From Planctomycetota bacterium (GTDB lineage: Bacteria; Planctomycetota; SZUA-567; H5-PLA8): a DNA stretch of 12,239 nt. The stretch covers positions 1 to 12,239 of the forward strand of contig BTVV01000161.1 in NCBI GenBank assembly GCA_045863855.1. Reading direction: 5' to 3'. Below the pieces are notes generated by a model. That model saw nothing but the letters and a program-made list of their open reading frames with translations, searched no databases and was not told where the DNA came from. Below, piece by piece: positions 5,691-12,239 of the stretch (positions are counted from its first letter, which is position 1; the number at the start of each line of letters is the position of its first letter). A program made the position numbers and the translations under genes.

Positions 5691-7874
5691 ATGGAGTTCC
5701 TGACGGGAACCATGCTGTGGGGGCTTCTGGCGGGCGGCCTGCCGATCCTGATTCATCTGACCGGCCGCGCCAAGCCGGTAGTGCATCGTTTTCCGGCGCT
5801 GCGCTTCATCGTCGCTTCGCAGCGCAGCAGTTCGCGCGCGCTTCGGATCAAGCACCTGCTGCTGCTGCTGCTGCGCGTCGCGGCGATCGCGCTGCTGGCT
5901 TTGGCGCTGGCGCGCCCGATGTTCCCGTGGTTCGCGGGCGCGGGGTTGGCCGGGCTGGCGCGCGGCGAGTATGTCCTTGTCCTCGATGCATCGCTGAGCA
6001 TGCAGTTCAAGGACCAGAACACGACGCGCTTCGAACGCGCCCGCGAGCAAGCGATGGAGTTCGTGGGCCGGCTGGCGCCGGAGTCCCGTGTCGCGCTGTT
6101 GCTGGCGACCGAAGACGTCGAATACCGCCAGGCGCGTCTGACGTTGGATCACCTGCACGTCCGCGACTTGCTGGAGCGATCGGAGCCCACCGCGCGCGGA
6201 CTGGACTTGGCGGCGGCCTTGCAGGCGGCGCGGCGGGTCTTCGATCGCGAACCCGCCGGAGTGTTGTCGCGCAGCATCGTCTTCTTTACCGACTTGCAGG
6301 CCGAAAACTGGGTCCGGCTTTCCGAACGCTCGATAACGCTCGACGATCCGGCGGCAGCGCCGGTCTTAATCGTAGCCGATGTGGGCGAAGCCGATGCGCG
6401 CAACGGCGCGGTCACGGCGCTGAGCATTCCGGGGCCGACGGTCGCGGCACAGGAAACCCTGACCCTCACGGCGCTCCTGCGTCCGGTCGATCCGCAGCGC
6501 GCCGCGCCGCTGGATCTGTACCTCGACGGAGTCAAGGTCGCGCAGCAGTCGGTCGATCCGAAAGGCGCAGCGGAAGTACCCGTGAGTTTCAACCTTCCGG
6601 CTGGAGCGCCGGGTCCGCACTCGGTGGCGCTCACCCTGGCGCAAGGCGACGGGCTGCTGAGCGATCAGACGCGCACGGCGACGTATCTGGCCGGCCGGCC
6701 CCCGCGCGCCCTGCTGGTAGAACAGCCTTCGCGCGGGGAAGGCGACCGCGGATCCGGCTTCTTTCTCAAAGCGGCGCTTTCGTCGGCCGCCGCCACTTCC
6801 GCTTCGGGTTTGGCCGTCTCGCCGATTGCCGCGCGCGAATTGAACGCCGATGCGCTCGCGCCGTGCCAAGTGGCGATCCTCGCCGACTGCGGGCCGCTGG
6901 GCGAACCGGCGTGGGAGGCGCTCGAAGCGTTCGTCGCTGAAGGCGGCGGACTTTTCGTCTGGGCCGGCGCGCGGATGGATCTAGCGGAGCTGCGCCGCCA
7001 CGGCTACGCGGAATTCGCGCCGCATCGCGGCCTCTTGCCCGGCCGGCCGCTCGAGCGCGAGCGTCCCCCGGCTCCGCAGGGCGTGCGGCCCATTGCCAGC
7101 GACCACCCGCTGCTTGCGCGCTTCACGCCGGGCGTGCTCTCGGCGTTGCGCGGCCTGAAGGTCAACGAGTTCATCAAGGTGGTACCGGAACTGAAAGACA
7201 CGCTCAGCGTGCCCGTCCTGGCCTACGACGACGGATCGCCGATGGTCCTCGAGAAAGGCTACGGCCGCGGCCGCGTGCTGCTGTGCACGCTGGCGCCGGA
7301 CGCGGAAGCCAGCGACCTGCCCAAGACAGGCGAGGTCTTCGTGACCTTCGCGCTCGAAGCGGCGCGGTTGCTTTCGGGGCGCGGCGAGGAAGCGCAGGCG
7401 CGGCTGGGCCGCGCGCTGGCGCTGCCGTTGCCCGAACCGCCGGCCGACGGCCGCGTGCGCTGGAAGCCACCGGGCGAGGCGGCGGAGATCACACTGAACG
7501 CGGAAACCGAAAAGCGGGAAGGCGCTCCGCCGCGCGCGCGCGTCCACCTGCCCAAGCTCGAACAGCCCGGCGTGCATCGCATCGCCTGGAAGCCGGCACA
7601 GGCCGGCGCCGAAAGCGTGCGCTTGGTGGCGGTCAACCCCGCGCCAGAAGAGTCGGATCTGGCTTCCATGGATGCCAAGTCCGCGCTGGCCCGGCTCAAG
7701 CCGTGGCCCGCGCAGATCGTCCGAGACCTGAGCGAGGCCGGCACCGTTTTAGGCGAGCCCGCCGCCGGACGCGAGTTGCCTGTCCCGCTGTTGCTGCTGG
7801 TGCTGGCGCTCCTGTTCGCGGAGAGCTTCCTCTCGAATCGCCTGTACCGGCAGACGGAAGGCGACGAGAGCTGA
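5691..7874 (+). CDS. BatA N-terminal double-TM + vWA domain membrane protein, with an Ig-like region, a class I glutamine-amidotransferase-like domain and a C-terminal TM
   Basis: BatA signature LPILIHL...RFPALRFI...LLLLLRVAAIALLALALARP. vWA MIDAS LVLDASLSM and IVFFTDLQ. A beta-rich segment (LTLTALLR..LDLYLDG..VSFNLP). GATase-like VAILADC..LEAFVAEGGGLFVWAG and YGRGRVLL. VAVNPAPEESDL precedes a C-terminal TM (LLLLVLALLFAESFL). GGGAGG RBS; starts 7 nt after the DUF58 stop. Confidence 0.9.
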   Translation: MEFLTGTMLWGLLAGGLPILIHLTGRAKPVVHRFPALRFIVASQRSSSRALRIKHLLLLLLRVAAIALLALALARPMFPWFAGAGLAGLARGEYVLVLDASLSMQFKDQNTTRFERAREQAMEFVGRLAPESRVALLLATEDVEYRQARLTLDHLHVRDLLERSEPTARGLDLAAALQAARRVFDREPAGVLSRSIVFFTDLQAENWVRLSERSITLDDPAAAPVLIVADVGEADARNGAVTALSIPGPTVAAQETLTLTALLRPVDPQRAAPLDLYLDGVKVAQQSVDPKGAAEVPVSFNLPAGAPGPHSVALTLAQGDGLLSDQTRTATYLAGRPPRALLVEQPSRGEGDRGSGFFLKAALSSAAATSASGLAVSPIAARELNADALAPCQVAILADCGPLGEPAWEALEAFVAEGGGLFVWAGARMDLAELRRHGYAEFAPHRGLLPGRPLERERPPAPQGVRPIASDHPLLARFTPGVLSALRGLKVNEFIKVVPELKDTLSVPVLAYDDGSPMVLEKGYGRGRVLLCTLAPDAEASDLPKTGEVFVTFALEAARLLSGRGEEAQARLGRALALPLPEPPADGRVRWKPPGEAAEITLNAETEKREGAPPRARVHLPKLEQPGVHRIAWKPAQAGAESVRLVAVNPAPEESDLASMDAKSALARLKPWPAQIVRDLSEAGTVLGEPAAGRELPVPLLLLVLALLFAESFLSNRLYRQTEGDES

Positions 7875-7978
7875 CGAAAGCCAGTTCGCTTCTGCCGTAG
7901 ATGAAATAAGACCTGCGGAAGGGACGCCCGCGATACCTCAAACCAGTCCGCCCAAGCGCAAGCGTTGCGTTCGTGCGT

Positions 7979-9466
7979 TCAGCTTCGGGCGCGGTCGAGT
8001 AACCGCGTGGTGCTGCGGCCGGCCACGAACTCGATCAGCGCGATCTGTCCGCCCCAGCCTTCCACTTCGCGCCAGCCCACCACATCCTGCTTGCGTTTGT
8101 AGTCGGCGCCTTTGCAGAGCACCCTTGGTTGCAGCGCGCGGATCAGTTCGAGCGGCGTGTCTTCGTCGAAGAGCACCACGCCGTCCACGCAAGCTTGCGC
8201 GGCCAGGATGCGCAACCGGTCGTGCTCGTGCTGGACCGGCCGCCCCGGACCTTTCAGGCGGCTGACCGACGCATCGGAATTCACGCCCACGATCAGGGCA
8301 TCGCCGAGCTGGCGGGCCTTTTCCAGGTAGCTCACGTGGCCGAAGTGGAGAATGTCGAAGCAGCCGTTGGTGAAAACCAGCCGTTTGCCTTGCTTGCGCA
8401 GGCCGGCCGCGAATCTTGCGGCTTCGGCGCGGGTCCAGACCTTGCGTTCGCAACCCGGCGTGCGCCCGCGGAGTTCCTCGAGCAGTTCTTCGTCGGTGAT
8501 CGTTGCCGCGCCGAACTTGGTGACCTCGATGCCGGCGGCGACGTTGGCCAGCCAGGTGGCTTCGGGCAACGCCGCACCCGCCGCGAGGGCCAGCGCAAGC
8601 ACACCGGCCACCGTATCGCCGGCGCCCGTCGGATCGGCAATCTCGCGCTGCCGTGCGGCCAAGCGATGCACCTCGACACCTTTGCCTTTTGAAGTGCGGC
8701 AGGCCAGCGTCAAGCCTTGCTCGCTGCGCGTCAGGAGCACCGCGCCGACACCCAGCTTGCGCAGCATGACGCGCACGGCGTGTGCGGCGGACGGTTCGTC
8801 TTCAGCGCCTAACCCCATCACGGCCAGGACGTCGCGGCGATTGGGCTTCAAGACGCGCACGCCTCGAAAGCGCTCCCACGGACCGCTCTTGGGATCGGCA
8901 ATCACGGGCTTGCGGCCGGCGGCTTTGATCGCCGTGCGGCAGACCGCGGCCGTCAAAGTACCCTTGGCGTAATCGGAGAGCACCACCGCGTCGGCCCAAG
9001 CCACGGCTTTACGCACGCGCGCGAGCAGCCGCCGTTCCAGCGCGGGCGCGAGCGCCTGCGTTTCTTCCCAATCGAGGCGCAGCATCTGCTGGTTGCGCGC
9101 AACGACGCGGCTTTTGAGCGTCGTTGGGCGCCGCGCATCGCGCAGCACGCCGGAAACGTCGATCTTCAACCCTCTAGCTTCGCTCAAGAAGGTGTCGCCA
9201 GCCGCATCCCCGCCGACCACGCCGCAGAGCCTGACCTTCGCGCCGAGCGCGACGAGTCCCTTCGCCACGTTGGCCGCGCCGCCGAGCATCCGCTCTTCGC
9301 GCCGAACCTCGAAGACCGGAACGGGCGCTTCGGGCGAGATGCGCCCGACACGGCCGTGCAGATACACGTCGAGCATCGCGTCGCCGATAACGGCAATGCG
9401 CCGGCCGACCATCGCATGCAGGAGTTCCTGGACGCGTTCCAACGCGGGTTCCGGGATGGCGGACAT
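7979..9466 (-). CDS. hldE: Bifunctional D-glycero-beta-D-manno-heptose-7-phosphate kinase / heptose-1-phosphate adenylyltransferase
   Basis: PfkB-type kinase half: VIGDAMLDVY..RISPEAPVPV, GGAANVA, SDYAKG, DPK, TRSEQG, DPTGAGDT. Cytidylyltransferase-like half: VFTNGCFDILHFGHVSYL..GDALIVGVNSDASV, FDEDTP, KGADY, STT. The ATG overlaps the hldD stop (TGATG). Confidence 0.96.
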   Translation of the reverse strand: MSAIPEPALERVQELLHAMVGRRIAVIGDAMLDVYLHGRVGRISPEAPVPVFEVRREERMLGGAANVAKGLVALGAKVRLCGVVGGDAAGDTFLSEARGLKIDVSGVLRDARRPTTLKSRVVARNQQMLRLDWEETQALAPALERRLLARVRKAVAWADAVVLSDYAKGTLTAAVCRTAIKAAGRKPVIADPKSGPWERFRGVRVLKPNRRDVLAVMGLGAEDEPSAAHAVRVMLRKLGVGAVLLTRSEQGLTLACRTSKGKGVEVHRLAARQREIADPTGAGDTVAGVLALALAAGAALPEATWLANVAAGIEVTKFGAATITDEELLEELRGRTPGCERKVWTRAEAARFAAGLRKQGKRLVFTNGCFDILHFGHVSYLEKARQLGDALIVGVNSDASVSRLKGPGRPVQHEHDRLRILAAQACVDGVVLFDEDTPLELIRALQPRVLCKGADYKRKQDVVGWREVEGWGGQIALIEFVAGRSTTRLLDRARS

Positions 9467-10440
9467 CAGGCGCGCAGCGTCTCCGCGGTTTCGAGTTGCC
9501 GGATGTAATCGGCGACGCCGCCTTCCAGGCTCGCGAAAGGCGCGGCGTACCCGGCGCGGCGCAGCTTGGCCGTCTTCGCCTGGGTGAAGTACTGGTACTT
9601 CTCGCGCAGATCCTCGGGCATCGGCACGAAGCGAATCCGCGGCTCGCGTCCCAGCGCCGCAAAGACCGCATGGGCCAAGTCGGCGAAACTGCGCGCCTGC
9701 CCGGTACCGACGTTGTACAGCCCGTTGGGCGAAGCGGCGGAAGCCGGCGTCTCGAGGAAATACCGGCAGACCGACTCGGCATCGGCGACGTAGACGAAAT
9801 CGCGCTGCTGTCCGCCGTCGGGCACGCCTTCGCGATGCGAACGAAAGAGCTTCACTTCGCCTTCCGCGCGGATCTGCTTCCAGGCGTGGAAGGCCACCGA
9901 AGCCATGCGGCCCTTATGCGTCTCGCGCGGGCCATAGACATTGAAAAACTTGAGCCCCGCCCAGCGCGGCGGCGCCAGCTCCTGCTCCAGCGCCCACAGA
10001 TCGAAGAGTTGCTTGGATTCGCCGTACAGGTTGAGCGGCCGGAGCTGCCGCGGATCGGACTCGTCGTCGAAGCCTTGTGCGCCATCGCCGTAGGTCGCGG
10101 CGCTGGAGGCGTAGACGAAGGGCACCGCGCGGCGCGTGCAGAAATTCCAGAGCATGCGGGTGTATTCGAGGTTGTTGCGCAGCATGAACGCGCGATCGGT
10201 GGCGGTAGTATCGCTGCACGCGCCGAGATGCAGCACCCCGGTGACGGCCGCGCCGTGGCGTTCGAGCCATGGTTCGAGCGCGTCGCGCTCCACGCGTTCG
10301 GCCTCGCCCAGCGCATCCGGATAGCGCGGAGCGGCTGCGCCGAAGACATCCACCACGGCCATACGGCGCTCGCCCCGCGCTAGCAGCGCGGCCGCGAGAT
10401 TCGCGCCGATGAATCCGTTGGCTCCCGTCACCACCCGCAT
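9466..10440 (-). CDS. hldD: ADP-L-glycero-D-manno-heptose 6-epimerase
   Basis: From ORF 9466..10500, with the start moved to ATG 10440 (AAGGA 10 nt upstream). Motifs VTGANGFIG, HLGACSDT, YASSAATYG, PLNLYGESK (YxxxK), FNVYGPRETHKGRMASV, RDFVYV, YNVGTG and KYQYFTQA are characteristic of HldD/RfaD. Confidence 0.96.
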   Translation of the reverse strand: MRVVTGANGFIGANLAAALLARGERRMAVVDVFGAAAPRYPDALGEAERVERDALEPWLERHGAAVTGVLHLGACSDTTATDRAFMLRNNLEYTRMLWNFCTRRAVPFVYASSAATYGDGAQGFDDESDPRQLRPLNLYGESKQLFDLWALEQELAPPRWAGLKFFNVYGPRETHKGRMASVAFHAWKQIRAEGEVKLFRSHREGVPDGGQQRDFVYVADAESVCRYFLETPASAASPNGLYNVGTGQARSFADLAHAVFAALGREPRIRFVPMPEDLREKYQYFTQAKTAKLRRAGYAAPFASLEGGVADYIRQLETAETLRA

Positions 10441-10518
10441 GTCACATCTTTCCTTGAGCCGCAGGCGCGGTATTTGACCGCAAGCCCGCGGCGGCGGCAA
10501 GCGGCAACCCGCGAACGT

Positions 10519-12239
10519 TCATTTCCGGTAAGGGTATGCTTCGTACGGGTACGGATACCCCCGGTTGCCGCGCTGAACATAGCCCGTGCGGTCGTTCAGG
10601 ATCGCGCCGACCACCGGCACGCGGTTCTGCTGCAGCACGAGGGAAGCCCGCGTTACCTGCCCGCGTCCCGTGCGTCCCGCGTGCACGATCGCCAGCGCAT
10701 GGTCGATGTGCGGGCTCAGGATCAGCGCGTCGGCCACGGCCAAAAGCGGCGGGCTGTCGAGCAGCACGACTTCGTAGTGCTTCCGCGCCCACTTCAGGAA
10801 CTCGAGCATGCGCTTATTCCCGAGCAGTTCGGCCGGGCTGCCCTGAGCCACGCCGGCCGCGACCACGTCGAGGGAGTCCACCTTGCAGGCCGTAACCGCC
10901 TCCTGCGCCGTCATCACGCCGGTCAGGTAATCCATCAATCCTTTGGAACCCGCGGGCACGCCCAGCGCGGTCAGGTCGCAGCCTTTGCGCAAATCGCCGG
11001 CGATCAGGAGCGTCCTGCGGCCGTTTTGCGCGTGCGCGATGGCGAGGTTGGAGGAGATCGTGGTCTTGCCTTCACCGGGCTGCGCGCTGGTGATCATGAA
11101 CAAGCGGCCGCCTTCGGCCGGAGGCGGCACCTGCAAATCGAGCGTCGCGCGCAATCCGCGGAAGGCTTCGGCGACATTCGACTCGGGCTGAGTGAGCACC
11201 AACGCCATGCGCTCGTCTTCGGATACGGTGGCATCCATTTTAGGCACGATGGATAGACACGGTACTCCGGTAAACGCTTCCACTTCTTCGGCGCTGCGAA
11301 TCGAGTCGTCGAAGAATTCGAGGATCAAGCTCATCCCCGCCCCCAGCAGCAGGCTCAGGATCAATCCCAATGCGAGGCTGCGCAGCACCCGCGGCTTGCT
11401 GGGCGAACGCGCCACCACGGGACGCTCGACGATCAGCACCGGCGCCACGTTCATGCGCCCATAGACTTCGCCGCGCGCCCGGCCCGTCAGCAGTTCCTGG
11501 AAGCGGTCCTGCGACTCCTTGAGCCGCGATTTCAGGCGTTCGTACGCCACCAGCGTTTCGTTCAGCTTCTGAACTTCCTTCTCCAGCAGCGTCTTTTCCT
11601 TGCGCATGCTCTCCAGCGCCCGGCGCGTGTGGTGAAGCTTGTACAACACGCTCTCGATGATCTGATTGGCCAGCCGGCGCTGCCCGGCCTGCACCGATTC
11701 GATCTGCTCCTCGACCACTTTCAGTTCGGGACTTTCTTTATCCTTTAAGTGTTGCAACTCGATGCGCTTGGCCAGCAGTTGCACGTACACTTCGTCGTAA
11801 CGCGAAAAACGGTACTGCAGGTCCGAGGCCTCCAAGTTCAGGAGTTCCTCCGGGTTTGCGCTGTCCTTGACCAGCCGCTCCGAACGCGCTTCCAGTTCCA
11901 GCAAATCCGCGTGCAGGTTCGCTTCGCGCCGCGCGAGTTCCTTAAGCTGAATGTTGGCGGGATGGATGTCCGGGTTGATCGTCACCAATCCGTGCACGGC
12001 CATGAAGTCCTGGATCTGGCGCTCGTACCCGCGCATCTCGTTTTCGATCTTGTCGATGCTTCCGGTCAGGCTGCTGGCGTTGCCTTCGGCTTGGCGCAGG
12101 CGCGTGGCGTTGAACTCTTCTTCGAAGCTGTTGACCACGGCATTGACCAGAATCGCCGCGTGCTCGGGATCGGGGCCTTCGTACAGCACCTCGACCAGCC
12201 GCGACTCGCGAATCGGGTTCAGCGAAATGCCCAGCGAGA
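10519..12239 (-). CDS. wzc: Wzc-type polysaccharide co-polymerase / bacterial tyrosine (BY) autokinase, partial (N-terminus beyond the right edge)
   Basis: The frame stays open past 12189 to the edge (SLGISLNPIRESRLVEVLYEGPDPEHAAILVN). Periplasmic coiled coil, PVVARSPSKP + TM, EAFRGLR (ExxRxxR), Walker A SAQPGEGKTT, Walker A' LLIAGDLRK, Walker B VVLLDSPP, and a C-terminal Tyr cluster GYVQRGNRGYPYPYEAYPYRK. Confidence 0.92.
   Translation of the reverse strand, partial: SLGISLNPIRESRLVEVLYEGPDPEHAAILVNAVVNSFEEEFNATRLRQAEGNASSLTGSIDKIENEMRGYERQIQDFMAVHGLVTINPDIHPANIQLKELARREANLHADLLELEARSERLVKDSANPEELLNLEASDLQYRFSRYDEVYVQLLAKRIELQHLKDKESPELKVVEEQIESVQAGQRRLANQIIESVLYKLHHTRRALESMRKEKTLLEKEVQKLNETLVAYERLKSRLKESQDRFQELLTGRARGEVYGRMNVAPVLIVERPVVARSPSKPRVLRSLALGLILSLLLGAGMSLILEFFDDSIRSAEEVEAFTGVPCLSIVPKMDATVSEDERMALVLTQPESNVAEAFRGLRATLDLQVPPPAEGGRLFMITSAQPGEGKTTISSNLAIAHAQNGRRTLLIAGDLRKGCDLTALGVPAGSKGLMDYLTGVMTAQEAVTACKVDSLDVVAAGVAQGSPAELLGNKRMLEFLKWARKHYEVVLLDSPPLLAVADALILSPHIDHALAIVHAGRTGRGQVTRASLVLQQNRVPVVGAILNDRTGYVQRGNRGYPYPYEAYPYRK

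Noticed and set aside
5856..5873. (CTG)6 simple repeat as a phase-variation tract
   Set aside because: It is an in-frame triplet encoding the poly-Leu of the BatA TM helix with the preferred Leu codon, so slippage would not cause a frameshift.
7875..7978. Terminator or small RNA between the convergent BatA-vWA and hldE genes
   Set aside because: Only a weak 5-bp hairpin (CGCAA-GCG-TTGCG) without a U-tract; no recognisable RNA motif.
10472..10500. Internal promoter for hldD (minus strand TTGCCG-N17-TCAAAT)
   Set aside because: The -10 lacks the near-invariant A at position 2. It is too weak to call, though not excluded.
161..11464. Many long alternative-frame or antisense ORFs (e.g. 580..1536 +, 1589..2671 -, 5717..6940 +, 9496..10383 +, 10474..11256 +)
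   Set aside because: They are Arg/Ala/Pro-rich, lack motifs and overlap well-supported genes. Such shadow ORFs are expected in high-GC DNA.

Overview
High-GC bacterial window with nine coding regions and no recognisable rRNA, tRNA, CRISPR array or mobile element. The gene repertoire suggests Planctomycetota or another PVC-group organism (inference). Left to right: (-) a partial secreted protein missed by the ORF track, translationally coupled to (-) a Zn-ribbon + ~6-TM membrane protein; (+) an exported prenyltransferase/squalene-cyclase-like alpha-barrel + 2xDUF4159 protein; a bidirectional intrinsic terminator; (-) a monocistronic secreted protein with a Tyr/Gly-rich low-complexity tail and poly-His end; (+) DUF58 and (+) BatA-vWA membrane protein (MoxR-partner families, but no MoxR ATPase in the window); then (-) hldE, hldD and a partial wzc-type BY-kinase, i.e. 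ADP-heptose genes directly downstream of a polysaccharide co-polymerase. The most unusual element is the Tyr/His-rich secreted protein, which has its own promoter, RBS and terminator and splits the DUF4159/DUF58/BatA module. All family assignments come from motif recognition by eye, not from database searches.
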